The notes under the pieces: generated by a model
Databases searched by the model: none
The model's input: the letters and a program-made list of their open reading frames with translations, nothing else
Told to the model about the DNA's origin: nothing
In this document: piece after piece, positions 1 through 10,730 of the stretch
Layout of the letters: every line of letters starts with the position of its first letter
How positions within the stretch are numbered: position 1 is the first letter of the stretch
Translations under genes and position numbers: made by a program
Source of the DNA: a virus
Taxonomy: Duplodnaviria > Heunggongvirae > Uroviricota > Caudoviricetes
DNA: 40,138 nt
IMG/VR virus record: IMGVR_UViG_2896601577_000009
Direction: 5' to 3' (one strand)

Positions 1-231
1 TTATTTCACTTCTTTAAAACCAGCGGCTTTCATCACCAGTTCCATTTGCGCCATAGTGATACCTTTTTTGGCATCTTCAGCAGAAACGTTGATTCCTGAA
101 ATACCCTGCAGGGCTTTAAAATCCACTTTTTCCATATCGATAGTCACGTTTTCCTGCGCGTAGGTATCGGTATAGGTTAATTTTTCTTCAACACCCGCGA
201 TGTTTTTGTATTTGGCGCTTAACGGCTCAAG
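1..231 (-). pseudogene. C-terminal fragment of a disrupted chromosomal gene (product unknown; possibly a yehR-like lipoprotein, unverified)
   Basis: Minus-strand frame ends ...NVTIDMEKVDFKALQGISGINVSAEDAKKGITMAQMELVMKAAGFKEVK with stop at 1-3. The frame is interrupted by the IS66-family element at 232 and resumes for 52 bp at 2672-2723 before IS1. Confidence 0.35.
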
Positions 232-302
232 GTAAGCGTACAGCCTGAACCGTCTGGTCAGAATCTGACGAATTAGACAAAGTGGTGTCCACCAAATAAG
301 TA

Positions 303-704
303 GTGGGAACCAAAGTGTCAGATATGCAGAAAAATGTGAATCCCGGCAGGCGAAAAGGCTGCCCTAATTATCCTCCCGAATTTAAACAGCAGCTCGTTGC
401 TGCCTCCTGTGAACCCGGGATATCCATCTCAAAACTTGCTCTTGAAAATGGCATTAACGCCAATCTGTTGTTCAAATGGCGACAACAATGGCGCGAGGGA
501 AAGCTGCTATTACCTTCTTCAGAGAGCCCCCAGCTACTTCCTGTGACTCTCGATGCAGCTGCCGAACAGCCAGAATCGCTCGCAGAGGATCCGGAAACCC
601 TCAGTATCAGCTGTGAGGTAACGTTCCGGCACGGGACGCTCCGCTTCAATGGCAATGTCAGCGAAAAGCTCCTGACTCTGCTGATACAGGAACTGAAGCG
701 ATGA
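303..704 (+). CDS. IS66-family TnpA (orf1)
   Basis: 133-aa ORF with the conserved LLFKW motif, overlapping the start of the next ORF as in IS66 elements. Start codon uncertain. Confidence 0.7.
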   Translation: MGTKVSDMQKNVNPGRRKGCPNYPPEFKQQLVAASCEPGISISKLALENGINANLLFKWRQQWREGKLLLPSSESPQLLPVTLDAAAEQPESLAEDPETLSISCEVTFRHGTLRFNGNVSEKLLTLLIQELKR

Positions 705-1048
705 TCCCGTTACCTTCCGGGACCAAAATTTGGCTGGTTGCCGGTATCACCGATATGAGAAATGGCTTCAACGGCCTGGCGGCAAAGGTGCAGACGACGC
801 TGAAAGACGATCCGATGTCAGGTCACGTTTTTATCTTCCGTGGGCGTAATGGCAGTCAGGTAAAGCTCCTCTGGTCTACCGGCGATGGACTGTGTCTGCT
901 GACCAAACGGCTGGAGCGCGGCCGCTTCGCCTGGCCGTCAGCCCGGGATGGCAAAGTGTTCCTCACACCGGCACAGCTGGCGATGCTCCTTGAAGGTATC
1001 GACTGGCGGCAGCCTAAAAGACTGCTTACGTCCCTGACTATGTTGTAA
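701..1048 (+). CDS. IS66-family TnpB (orf2)
   Basis: 115-aa ORF, MIPLPSGTKIWLVAGITDMR..., clearly paralogous to the 116-aa ORF at 17246-17596. Confidence 0.8.
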   Translation: MIPLPSGTKIWLVAGITDMRNGFNGLAAKVQTTLKDDPMSGHVFIFRGRNGSQVKLLWSTGDGLCLLTKRLERGRFAWPSARDGKVFLTPAQLAMLLEGIDWRQPKRLLTSLTML

Positions 1049-1096
1049 GCCTCTTTATCCTGGTCGACGCTGAATGAGCCTGGTAATATACCCGGT

Positions 1097-2634
1097 ATGA
1101 GCAGCTCACTTCCTGACGATATCAATGCACTGAAACGTCTCCTTGCCGAACAGGAGGCGCTGAACCGTGCCCTGCTGGAAAAGCTGAACGAGCGTGAACG
1201 CGAAATAGACCATCTGCAGGCACAGCTGGATAAGCTGCGCCGGATGAACTTCGGCAGCCGCTCCGAAAAAGTCTCCCGTCGTATCGCACAGATGGAAGCT
1301 GACCTGAAGGCACTTCAGAAAGAAAGTGATACCCTTACCGGTCGGGTTGACGACCCGGCCGTGCAGCGCCCGCTGCGTCAAACCCGCACCCGCAAACCGT
1401 TCCCCGAATCTCTCCCCGCGATGAAAAACGGCTGCTGCCGGCAGCGTCATGCTGCCCGGAATGTGGAGGCTCACTGAGCTATCTGGGTGAGGATGCCGCC
1501 GAACAGCTGGAGTTGATGCGCAGCGTCTTCCGGGTTATCCGGACTGTACGTGAAAAGCATGCCTGTACTCAGTGCGATGCCATCGTGCAGGCCCCCGCGC
1601 CTTCACGGCCCATCGAGCGGGGTATCGCAGGACCGGGGCTGCTGGCCCGCGTGCTGATCTCAAAGTATGCAGAGCACACCCCGCTGTACCGCCAGTCTGA
1701 AATGTACGGCCGCCAGGGCGTGGAGCTGAGTCGTTCACTGCTGTCGGGCTGGGTGGATGCATGCTGCCGGCTACTGTCACCACTGGAAGAAGCGCTTCAG
1801 GACTATGTGCTGACTGACGGTAAGCTCCATGCTGATGACACGCCTGTCCCGGTGCTGTTGCCAGGCAATAAGAAAACGAAGACCGGGCGGTTATGGACCT
1901 ACGTTCGTGACGACCGTAACGCCGGGTCAACGCTGGCGCCGGCGGTGTGGTTCGCTTACAGCCCGGACAGAAAAGGCATCCATCCGCAGACCCATCTTGC
2001 GGGGTTCAGTGGTGTACTGCAGGCGGATGCATACGCCGGGTTCAACGAGCTGTACCGGGATGGCCGGATAACGGAAGCCGCCTGTTGGGCTCACGCCCGC
2101 CGTAAAATCCACGATGTGCACGTTCGCACCCCGTCAGCCCTGACGGAGGAAGCGCTGAAACGGATCGGCGAACTGTACGCCATCGAGGCAGAGATAAGGG
2201 GAATGACGGCGGAGCAGCGCCTTGCCGAACGTCAGTTGAAAACGAAACCGCTGCTGAAATCCCTGGAAAGCTGGCTGCGTGAAAAGATGAAAACCCTGTC
2301 GCGACACTCAGAACTGGCGAAAGCGTTCGCATACGCCCTGAACCAGTGGCCGGCGCTGACGTACTATGCAGATGATGGCTGGGCTGAGGCGGACAATAAC
2401 ATCGCTGAAAATGCGTTGCGGATGGTCAGTCTGGGCCGCAAAAACTACCTGTTCTTCGGTTCGGATCATGGAGGAGAGCGGGGAGCGCTGCTGTACAGCC
2501 TGATCGGGACGTGCAAACTGAACGGAGTGGAGCCAGAAAGCTACCTCCGCTATGTCCTTGACGTCATAGCCGACTGGCCGATAAACCGGGTCGGCGAACT
2601 GCTCCCCTGGCGCGTAGCACTGCCGACTGAATAA
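1097..2634 (+). pseudogene. IS66-family TnpC transposase, apparently frameshifted
   Basis: Two ORFs (1097-1477 and 1513-2634) together align to the intact 530-aa TnpC at 15623-17215. The frame breaks near 1400-1440, just before the conserved CCPECGG zinc-finger region. Confidence 0.7.
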
Positions 2635-2738
2635 CACATCCCCGTCAATACGGTTCTTGCTGCACGCTTACGGCTCAAGTGTCTTGGCAGCGTCTTCTTT
2701 GGTGGTTGCACCAATAGAGGCAAGGTAATGACTCCAAC

Positions 2739-3116
2739 TTATTGATAGTGTTTTATGTTCAGATAATGCCCGATGACTTTGTCATGCAGCTCCACCGATT
2801 TTGAGAACGACAGCGACTTCCGTCCCAGCCGTGCCAGGTGCTGCCTCAGATTCAGGTTATGCCGCTCAATTCGCTGCGTATATCGCTTGCTGATTACGTG
2901 CAGCTTTCCCTTCAGGCGGGATTCATACAGTGGCCAGCCATCCGTCATCCATATCACCACGTCAAAGGGTGACAGCAAGCTCATAAGACGCCCCAGCGTC
3001 GCCATAGTGCGTTCACCGAATACGTGCGCAACAACCGTCTTCCGGAGCCTGTCATACGCGTAAAACAGCCAGCGCTGGCGCGATTTAGCCCCGACGTATC
3101 CCCACTGTTCGTCCAT
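2739..3116 (-). CDS. insB: IS1 InsB (transposase C-terminal reading frame, normally made as an InsAB' frameshift fusion)
   Basis: 125-aa [47 protein letters not shown]...; identical ORF in all three IS1 copies. Confidence 0.85.
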   Translation of the reverse strand: MDEQWGYVGAKSRQRWLFYAYDRLRKTVVAHVFGERTMATLGRLMSLLSPFDVVIWMTDGWPLYESRLKGKLHVISKRYTQRIERHNLNLRQHLARLGRKSLSFSKSVELHDKVIGHYLNIKHYQ

Positions 3117-3160
3117 TTCCGCGCAGACGATGACGTCACTGCCCGGCTGTATGCGCGAGG

Positions 3161-3436
3161 TTACCGACTGCGGCCTGAGTTTTTTAAGTGACGTAAAATC
3201 GTGTTGAGGCTAACGCCCATAATGCGTGCAGTTGCCCGGCATCCAACGCCATTCATGGCCATATCAATAATTTTCTGGTGCGTACCGGGTTGAGAAGCGG
3301 TGTAAGTGAACTGCAGTTGCCATGTTTTACGGCAGTGAGAGCAGAGATAGCGCTGATGTCCGGCAGTGCTTTTGCCGTTACGCACCACCCCGTCAGTAGC
3401 TGAACAGGAGGGACAGCTGATAGAAACAGAAGCCAC
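3161..3436 (-). CDS. insA: IS1 InsA
   Basis: 91-aa [46 protein letters not shown]..., zinc-finger N-terminus typical of InsA. Confidence 0.9.
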   Translation of the reverse strand: MASVSISCPSCSATDGVVRNGKSTAGHQRYLCSHCRKTWQLQFTYTASQPGTHQKIIDMAMNGVGCRATARIMGVSLNTILRHLKNSGRSR

Positions 3437-3559
3437 TGGAGCACCTCAAAAACACCATCATACACTAAATCAGTAAGTTGGCAGCATCACCAGAGTGAGG
3501 TAGCCTGAGTTTAACGGACACTCCTTCCTGAAATAGAATGGCATCAGAAGGAGCTAATA

Positions 3560-3862
3560 ATGAGCAGAAAAAACCAACGTTACTCTAAAGAGTTCAAAGC
3601 CGAAGCTGTCAGAACGGTTCTTGAAAATCAACTTTCGATCAGTGAAGGCGCTTCCCGATTATCCCTTCCTGAAGGCACTTTAGGACAATGGGTTACCGCC
3701 GCCAGAAAAGGGCTCGGTACTCCTGGTTCCCGCACGGTGGCTGAACTGGAATCTGAAATTCTGCAACTGCGTAAGGCGTTAAATGAAGCTCGCCTTGAGC
3801 GAGATATATTAAAAAAAGCAACAGCGTATTTTGCACAGGAGTCGCTGAAAAATACGCGTTAA
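3560..3862 (+). CDS. IS600 OrfA
   Basis: 100-aa ORF MSRKNQRYSKEFKAEAVRTVLENQLSISEG..., identical to 18641-18943. Helix-turn-helix and leucine-zipper region typical of IS3-family OrfA. Confidence 0.85.
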   Translation: MSRKNQRYSKEFKAEAVRTVLENQLSISEGASRLSLPEGTLGQWVTAARKGLGTPGSRTVAELESEILQLRKALNEARLERDILKKATAYFAQESLKNTR

Positions 3863-3897
3863 TCGAACAATGGCGACAACAATTTCCCATTGAAGCG

Positions 3898-4362
3898 ATG
3901 TGTCAGGTATTTGGTGTATCCAGGAGCGGTTATTACAACTGGGTACAGCATGAACCCTCAGACAGAAAACAAAGTGATGAGCGGCTAAAACTGGAGATTA
4001 AGGTGGCACATATCCGCACTCGCGAAACATATGGAACCCGGCGGCTCCAGACGGAGCTGGCAGAGAATGGCATCATCGTTGGTCGTGACCGACTGGCACG
4101 TCTTCGTAAGGAGCTAAGGCTACGCTGTAAGCAGAAACGCAAGTTCAGAGCGACTACGAACCCGAACCACAATCTGCCAGTTGCGCCAAATCTGCTGAAC
4201 CAGACGTTCGCTCCTACAGCACCAAATCAGGTCTGGGTGGCGGACCTGACGTATGTTGCCACACAGGAGGGATGGTTGTACCTCGCTGGCATCAAAGATG
4301 TTTATACGTGCGAAATTGTCGGCTACGCCATGGGAGAGCGCATGACAAAAGAGCTGACAGGT
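3898..4362 (+). pseudogene. IS600 OrfB transposase, N-terminal part, disrupted by IS2
   Basis: Identical to the N-terminus of the intact 272-aa OrfB at 18979-19797 up to ...MTKELTG, where the IS2 end begins. Confidence 0.8.
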
Positions 4363-4372
4363 GGATTTGCCC

Positions 4373-5278
4373 CTATATTTCCAGACATCTGTTATCACTT
4401 AACCCATTACAAGCCCGCTGCCGCAGATATTCCCGTGGCGAGCGATAACCCAGCGCACTATGCGGATGCCATTCGTTATAATGTTCGAACGCCTCTGCAA
4501 GGTTCTTTGCTGCCGTTAACCCGTCTGGTTTGGGCATGATACTGATGTAGTCACGCTTTATCGTTTTCACGAAGCTCTCTGCTATTCCGTTACTCTCCGG
4601 ACTCCGCACCGCCGTGTTCTTCGGTTCAAGTCCCAACATCCGGGCGAACTGGCGTGTTTCATTAGCCCGGTAGCATGAACCATTATCCGTCAGCCACTCC
4701 ACTGGAGACGACGGAAGATCGTTGCCGAAGCGGCGTTCCACCGCTCCCAGCATGACGTCCTGTACTGTTTCACTGTTGAAGCCGCCGGTAGTCACCGCCC
4801 AGTGCAGTGCCTCACGATCACAGCAGTCCAGCGCGAACGTGACACGCAGTCTCTCTCCGTTATCACAGCAGAACTCGAACCCGTCAGAGCACCATCGCTG
4901 ATTGCTTTCTTTCACGGCCACTCTGCCTGTATGTGCCCGTTTCGATGGCGGTACAGCAGGTTTTCGCTCAAGCAACAGCGCATTCTGGCGCATGATCCGG
5001 TAAACACGTTTGGCATTGATCGCAGGCATACCATCAAGTTCTGCCTGTCTGCGAAGCAGCGCCCATACCCGACGATAACCATACGTGGGCAGCTCTCCGA
5101 TAACATGGTGTATACGGAGAAGCACATCCGTATCATCAGTGTGACGACTGCGGCGGCCATCCATCCAGTCATCGGTTCGTCTGAGAATGACGTGCAACTG
5201 CGCACGCGACACCCGGAGACAACGGCTGACTAAGCTTACTCCCCATCCCCGGGCAATAAGGGCGCGTGCGCTATCCAC
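4373..5278 (-). CDS. insD: IS2 InsD (OrfB, DDE transposase)
   Basis: 301-aa [37 protein letters not shown]... Confidence 0.85.
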
Positions 5279-5597
5279 TTTTTTGCCCGTCCATATTCAA
5301 CGGCTTCTTTGAGGAGTTCATTTTCCATCGTTTTCTTGCCGAGCAGGCGCTGGAGTTCTTTAATCTGCTTCATGGCGGCAGCAAGTTCAGAGGCAGGAAC
5401 AACCTGTTCTCCGGCGGCCACAGCAGTAAGACTTCCTTCCTGGTATTGCTTACGCCAGAGAAATAACTGGCTGCTACACCATGTTGCCGGGCAACGAGGG
5501 AGACCGTCATCCCCGGTTCAAAGCTCTGCTGAACAATTGCGATCTTTTCCTGTGTGGTACGCCGTCTGCGTTTCTCCGGCCCTAAGACATCAATCAT
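5236..5597 (-). pseudogene. insC: IS2 InsC (OrfA), frame disrupted
   Basis: InsC-like sequence is split between two ORFs (5370-5642 and 5236-5421). The break is after ...[10 protein letters not shown], consistent with a small deletion relative to the IS2 sequence recalled from memory. Confidence 0.55.
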
Positions 5598-5688
5598 CTG
5601 TACTCCAATGACTAGTCTAAAAACTAGTATTAAGACTATCACTTATTTAAGTGATACTGGTTGTCTGGAGATTCAGGGGGCCAGTCTA

Positions 5689-6048
5689 ACAGGTAAAGCC
5701 CTGTTTATGGCGCTCAGGAGCCAGCGCCCACCTGCCGGGCTAATCCACCACTCTGATCGAGGTTCACAGTACTGCGCATACGATTACCGGGTCATACAGG
5801 AGCAGTCTGGTCTGAAAACATCAATGTCGCGTAAAGGTCACTGTTACGACAACGCTCCGATGGAAAGCTTCTGGGGAACGCTGAAAAATGAGAGCCTGAG
5901 CCACTATCGTTTTAATAACCGGGATGAAGCCATCTCAGTAATACGGGAATACATTGAGATTTTCTACAATCGTCAGCGTCGTCACTCTCGTCTGGGGAAT
6001 ATCTCCCCGGCAGCCTTCAGGGAAAAATATCATCAGATGGCTGCTTAA
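5689..6048 (+). pseudogene. IS600 OrfB, C-terminal part downstream of the IS2 insertion
   Basis: ...KALFMALRSQRPPAGLIHHSDRGSQYCAYDYR... matches the C-terminus of the intact OrfB at 18979-19797. Confidence 0.75.
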
Positions 6049-6091
6049 AAAAAGAACAAATGGTAGTGTCCGCTATTGCCAGTACACCTCA

Positions 6092-6657
6092 GAGTTCCAG
6101 AAACTCCAGAGCAATGCTGCATCAGATTGTGCACTCCCTGTCTGTTGATTACCCTGAACTCGCATTTGTAACTCAGCAAAAGCCTGCTGCCAGTTTTCTG
6201 GATAAGAACGGTAATTGTTGGCGGGATCATATGCCCTGGTGTTATTCGCGATGAGCTGCCATATTTGACCATCTTTGTGCAGATAATTGATCTCTCTGGG
6301 GCGAGAGCGATGAGGAAAAGCAAATCGATTAATATCGTCAGTTAGCCGAATGACCGCATCATCAGCCAGCCAGGGGCGTTGGTTTTTACTCTCAGGGGAA
6401 GTTTCAACTTCAGGAGTGGCTTTGGTAATGGGGGGGATATGCACGTTTGCTGAAGCATTTTCCACATAGCCTTTTTTCGTTTTCTCTGCGATCAGCTTAA
6501 GCTCCGCTTTTGCCGCTGCCGCAGCATCCGCAAAACTTTTTATCTGGCTTTGCCCGTTAGTGCCGACTTTGCCCCAGTTGATATGCAGCTCGTTTCCCTG
6601 CTGCTCAACCGCCCAGAATTTATGTGATTTTTCGTCCTGATAGATAAAGTGTCTCAT
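6092..6657 (-). pseudogene. molR: molR-like N-terminal fragment (WGR-domain protein), 3' end removed by IS600
   Basis: MRHFIYQDEKSHKFWAVEQQGNELHINWGKVGTNGQSQIKSF... is a WGR-type N-terminus. The reading frame runs straight into the IS600 right end. Confidence 0.55.
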
Positions 6658-6759
6658 TCTGCATCCCTGTAATTTTATCCAGTTGAATGCAGATGCTACC
6701 AGTATTTATGCGGGTTAGAGAGAGACAAAATCGTAAGAAAACAACTTTAGGAATTTATA

Positions 6760-6788
6760 AAGAAAAGGCGCTGTCGATGCAGCGCCTT
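6760..6788 (-). terminator. Probable intrinsic terminator downstream of metG
   Basis: Hairpin AGGCGCTG-TCGATG-CAGCGCCT followed on the minus strand by a T-rich run, immediately after the metG stop. Confidence 0.5.
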
Positions 6789-6797
6789 GAAGGGGGA

Positions 6798-8831
6798 TTA
6801 TTTCACCTGATGACCCGGTTTAGCACCAGCATCCGGGCTTAGCAGGAAAATATCTTTCCCGCCAGGACCGGCAGCCATCACCATGCCTTCGGAGATACCG
6901 AAGCGCATTTTACGTGGTGCCAGGTTAGCCACCATAATGGTGTGACGACCAATCAGTGCCTGCGGATCCGGGTAAGCAGAACGAATGCCGGAGAAGACAT
7001 TACGCTTTTCGCCGCCGAGATCCAGAGTCAGGCGTAGCAGTTTGTCAGAACCTTCAACAAACTCTGCGTTTTCAATCAGCGCCACGCGCAGGTCAACTTT
7101 GGCGAAGTCGTCAAAGGTGATGGTTTCCTGAATCGGATCATCTGCCAGCGGGCCAGTTACCGGCGCGGCAGCTGCTTTCACTTCTTCTTTAGACGCTTCC
7201 ACCAGTGCTTCAACCTGCTTCATATCTATGCGGTTATACAGCGCCTTGAACGGATTCACTTTATGGCCCAGCAGCGGTTGCTGGATACCATCCCAGGTCA
7301 GTTCCGTATTAAGGAATGCTTCTGCGCGCTCGGTCAGTTTCGGCAGTACCGGCTTCAGGTAAGTCATCAGCACGCGGAACAGGTTTATGCCCATTGAGCA
7401 AATTGCCTGCAGGTCGGCATCGCGGCCTTCCTGTTTCGCTACCACCCACGGAGCCTGTTCATCGACATAGCGGTTAGCCAGATCAGCCAGCGCCATGATT
7501 TCGCGCACTGCTTTACCAAATTCGCGGCTTTCCCACGCTTCACCAATCACTTCAGCGGCATCAGTGAAGGTTCTGTACAACTGCGGGTCAGCCAGTTCGC
7601 TTGCCAGCACGCCGTCAAAACGCTTGTTGATAAAGCCCGCGTTGCGGGAGGCCAGGTTAACCACTTTGTTCACGATATCGGCATTCACGCGCTGAACGAA
7701 ATCTTCCAGATTGAGATCGATATCATCAATGCGCGAAGAGAGTTTCGCAGTGTAGTAGTAACGCAGGCTGTCGGCGTCAAAATGATTCAGCCAGGTGCTG
7801 GCTTTAATAAAGGTACCGCGAGACTTAGACATCTTCGCGCCGTTCACCGTCACATAGCCATGAACAAACAGGTTGGTCGGCTTGCGGAAGTTGCTGCCTT
7901 CCAGCATTGCTGGCCAGAACAGACTGTGGAAGTAAACAATATCTTTACCGATGAAGTGGTACAGCTCGGCGGTGGAGTCTTTCTTCCAGTATTCATCGAA
8001 GCTTACGCTGTCGCCGCGCTTGTCGCACAGATTCTTGAAAGAACCCATATAGCCAATCGGTGCATCTAGCCAGACGTAGAAATATTTACCCGGCGCGTTC
8101 GGAATTTCAAAACCGAAGTACGGCGCGTCGCGGGAGATATCCCACTGTTGCAGGCCAGATTCAAACCACTCCTGCATTTTATTTGCCACCTGCTCCTGCA
8201 ACGCACCGCTGCGGGTCCATGCCTGCAACATTTCGCTGAAAGAGGGCAGATCAAAGAAGAAGTGTTCAGAATCACGCATTACCGGCGTAGCGCCAGAAAC
8301 CACCGATTTCGGCTCGATCAATTCAGTCGGGCTGTAGGTCGCGCCGCAGACTTCGCAGTTATCGCCGTATTGATCCGGGGATTTACATTTCGGGCAGGTG
8401 CCTTTTACAAAACGGTCCGGCAGGAACATGCCTTTTTCCGGATCGTACAGCTGAGAGATGGTGCGGTTTTTAATAAAACCGTTTTCTTTCAGGCGAGAGT
8501 AGATAAGTTCTGACAACTGGCGGTTCTCTTCGCTGTGCGTCGAGTGATAGTTGTCATAGCTGATGTTAAAGCCTGCGAAATCAGTCTGATGCTCCTGACT
8601 CATTTCGCCAATCATCTGCTCCGGGGTGATACCAAGCTGCTGAGCTTTCAGCATAATCGGTGTACCGTGGGCATCGTCGGCGCAGATGAAGTTGACCTCG
8701 TGGCCGCGCATTCGCTGGTAACGGACCCAGACATCAGCCTGGATGTGCTCCAGCATATGGCCGAGGTGGATTGAGCCGTTAGCGTACGGCAGTGCGCACG
8801 TCACCAGAATTTTCTTCGCGACTTGAGTCAT
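6798..8831 (-). CDS. metG: Methionyl-tRNA synthetase
   Basis: 677-aa product [35 protein letters not shown]... with HIGH-type and KMSKS motifs and a C-terminal tRNA-binding domain; full length. Confidence 0.95.
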   Translation of the reverse strand: MTQVAKKILVTCALPYANGSIHLGHMLEHIQADVWVRYQRMRGHEVNFICADDAHGTPIMLKAQQLGITPEQMIGEMSQEHQTDFAGFNISYDNYHSTHSEENRQLSELIYSRLKENGFIKNRTISQLYDPEKGMFLPDRFVKGTCPKCKSPDQYGDNCEVCGATYSPTELIEPKSVVSGATPVMRDSEHFFFDLPSFSEMLQAWTRSGALQEQVANKMQEWFESGLQQWDISRDAPYFGFEIPNAPGKYFYVWLDAPIGYMGSFKNLCDKRGDSVSFDEYWKKDSTAELYHFIGKDIVYFHSLFWPAMLEGSNFRKPTNLFVHGYVTVNGAKMSKSRGTFIKASTWLNHFDADSLRYYYTAKLSSRIDDIDLNLEDFVQRVNADIVNKVVNLASRNAGFINKRFDGVLASELADPQLYRTFTDAAEVIGEAWESREFGKAVREIMALADLANRYVDEQAPWVVAKQEGRDADLQAICSMGINLFRVLMTYLKPVLPKLTERAEAFLNTELTWDGIQQPLLGHKVNPFKALYNRIDMKQVEALVEASKEEVKAAAAPVTGPLADDPIQETITFDDFAKVDLRVALIENAEFVEGSDKLLRLTLDLGGEKRNVFSGIRSAYPDPQALIGRHTIMVANLAPRKMRFGISEGMVMAAGPGGKDIFLLSPDAGAKPGHQVK

Positions 8832-8962
8832 AGTAGGCATTACTTCTTAATAGTGAAAAGGGGTTAGATAGTACCAAATGGGAAAATGTTAAGTAAGTAC
8901 TTCTCTATATTCTTCAGGTAAACTATCAGCTGATGGTTTATCTATACAAAAAAGGAGTCGGG

Positions 8963-10071
8963 ATGAACGAACAATCCCAGGCCAAATCACCAGAAGCCTT
9001 GCGCGCAATGGTCGCCGGGACACTGGCCAATTTTCAGCACCCAACCCTGAAGCATAACCTCACCACGCTGAAAGCGTTGCACCATGTCGCCTGGATGGAC
9101 GACACGTTGCATGTGGAACTGGTTATGCCATTCGTCTGGCATAGCGCGTTTGAAGAGTTAAAAGAGCAATGTAGCGCCGAACTGCTGCGTATCACCGGGG
9201 CGAAAGCTATCGACTGGAAACTGTCGCACAATATCGCCACCTTAAAACGCGTGAAGAATCAGCCGGGTATTAATGGCGTGAAGAACATCATTGCGGTCAG
9301 TTCCGGTAAAGGCGGCGTGGGTAAATCCTCCACGGCGGTAAACCTGGCGCTGGCACTGGCGGCGGAAGGGCGAAAGTCGGCATTCTGGACGCCGATATCT
9401 ACGGCCCATCAATTCCCACCATGCTGGGCGCAGAAAATCAGCGTCCAACTTCGCCGGACGGTACCCATATGGCACCGATTATGTCTCATGGCCTGGCAAC
9501 CAATTCAATTGGTTATCTGGTCACTGACGACAATGCGATGGTGTGGCGTGGACCGATGGCGAGCAAGGCGTTAATGCAGATGCTGCAGGAAACCTTGTGG
9601 CCGGATCTCGACTATCTGGTGCTTGATATGCCGCCAGGCACCGGTGACATTCAATTGACGCTGGCGCAAAACATTCCAGTAACTGGTGCAGTCGTGGTCA
9701 CCACCCCGCAGGACATCGCGTTGATCGATGCGAAAAAAGGCATTGTGATGTTCGAGAAAGTCGAGGTTCCGGTGCTCGGTATTGTCGAGAACATGAGTGT
9801 GCATATTTGCAGTAACTGTGGTCACCATGAACCGATTTTCGGTACCGGTGGTGCAGAGAAACTGGCTGAAAAATACCATACACAGCTGCTGGGGCAGATG
9901 CCGTTACACATCTCCTTACGTGAGGATCTCGATAAAGGCACGCCAACGGTTATCAGCCGTCCGGAGAGCGAATTTACCGCTATCTACCGCCAGCTGGCTG
10001 ACCGCGTTGCAGCTCAGCTCTACTGGCAGGGTGAAGTCATTCCAGGCGAGATTTCCTTCCGCTCGGTCTAA
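8963..10071 (+). pseudogene. apbC: Fe-S cluster carrier ATPase ApbC/Mrp, interrupted by a frameshift
   Basis: N-terminal ORF contains MNEQSQAKSPEALRAMVAG...SSGKGGVGKSSTAVNLALALAAEG, then leaves the frame near 9367 within GAAGGGCGAAAG. The rest of the protein (MLGAENQRPTS...EISFRSV) is in a second ORF, 9421-10071. Confidence 0.8.
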
Positions 10072-10333
10072 CGCCTATTAACCATTCTGGTTATTCTTCA
10101 TACACCGCAGAGATGTTATATTGATGCGGTGTATTTGTTTTTGCCGCATTAATGAACACTTATTTAATACTGCGAATATTCTGCGGACCTTCGTCCGAAA
10201 CTCTACAAAGTCGATTGATCGTACAGGCAATGCTTCATTATCATCCTTCGTGGCTGTGTAGTGGATGTACAGCTATAGTTTGTTATGCACTCATTCTATC
10301 CAGGCATAACCTTTACTACAGGGATAACGTTCA

Positions 10334-10615
10334 ATGAATAAGTATTGGCTGTCAGGAATTATTTTTCTTGCCTATGGATTGGCTTCTCCCGCGTTCTCTT
10401 CAGAGACTGCAACATTAACCATCAATGGCAGAATTAGTTCCCCTACATGCAGTATGGATGTTGTTAATAATCATCTTCAGCAACGTTGTGGGCAGTTGTT
10501 ACAACGAGTTGAAACCAACTATCGTGCTTCTTCTACTGCAAAAGGCGTTACGACAGAAGTGGTAACTGTGGGTAATAACGACAAACGCAAAATCGTGTTA
10601 AATCGCTACGATTAA
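10334..10615 (+). CDS. yehE: YehE-like small secreted protein
   Basis: 93-aa ORF with signal peptide MNKYWLSGIIFLAYGLASPAFS; sits between mrp and yehD as in the E. coli yeh locus. Confidence 0.7.
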   Translation: MNKYWLSGIIFLAYGLASPAFSSETATLTINGRISSPTCSMDVVNNHLQQRCGQLLQRVETNYRASSTAKGVTTEVVTVGNNDKRKIVLNRYD

Positions 10616-10650
10616 TTTGCCAACACCGTTTTAAGCATTAAGCATATTTA

Positions 10651-10690
10651 AAAAGCCAAAATCATTCCTATGAATGATTTTGGCTTTTTT
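10651..10690 (+). terminator. Rho-independent terminator after yehE
   Basis: AAAAGCCAAAATCATTC-CTAT-GAATGATTTTGGCTTTTTT: a long perfect stem followed by a T-run. Confidence 0.75.
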
Positions 10691-10710
10691 ATTCACCTCA
10701 TGAATGTTAT

Positions 10711-10730
10711 TTACGGTAATTTACGGTAAT
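10711..10730. repeat. Tandem direct repeat TTACGGTAAT x2 in the AT-rich yehD upstream region
   Basis: Read directly in the sequence; possible regulator binding site. Confidence 0.4.

Larger units (their letters stand above)
232..2671 (+). mobile_element. IS66-family insertion sequence, copy 1
   Basis: Starts GTAAGCGTACAGCC and ends with the reverse complement GCTGCACGCTTAC (imperfect terminal inverted repeats). Flanked by a perfect 8-bp direct repeat GGCTCAAG at 224-231 and 2672-2679. Carries tnpA-tnpB-tnpC in IS66 order. Confidence 0.8.
2724..3491 (-). mobile_element. IS1, copy 1 (768 bp)
   Basis: Terminal repeats GGTAATGACTCCAACTTATTGATAG and the reverse complement of GGTGATGCTGCCAACTTACTGAT. 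Contains insA and insB. Confidence 0.9.
4363..5688 (-). mobile_element. IS2 inserted into IS600 orfB
   Basis: Ends TGGATTTGCCCCTATATTTCCAGACA (4363-) and GGAGATTCAGGGGGCCAGTCTA (-5688). Perfect 5-bp target duplication ACAGG at 4358-4362 and 5689-5693. Confidence 0.85.
3496..6091 (+). mobile_element. IS600 (IS3 family), copy 1, interrupted by IS2
   Basis: TGAGGTAGCCTGAGTTTAACGG left end and ...CCAGTACACCTCA right end, both shared with the intact copy at 18577-19839. Length without the IS2 insert is about 1265 bp. Confidence 0.8.

Noticed and set aside
5554-6048. 164-aa ORF treated as a standalone gene
   Set aside because: It is a chimera: the first residues are read from the IS2 terminus and the rest is the C-terminal part of IS600 OrfB downstream of the IS2 insertion.
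6798-8840. Short plus-strand ORFs inside metG (7495-7695, 7782-8069, 8148-8513, 8535-8774)
   Set aside because: They are antisense to a highly conserved full-length housekeeping gene and have no supporting signals.
9421-10071. Separate 216-aa gene downstream of mrp
   Set aside because: It is the C-terminal two-thirds of ApbC/Mrp in the frame restored after the frameshift, not an independent gene.
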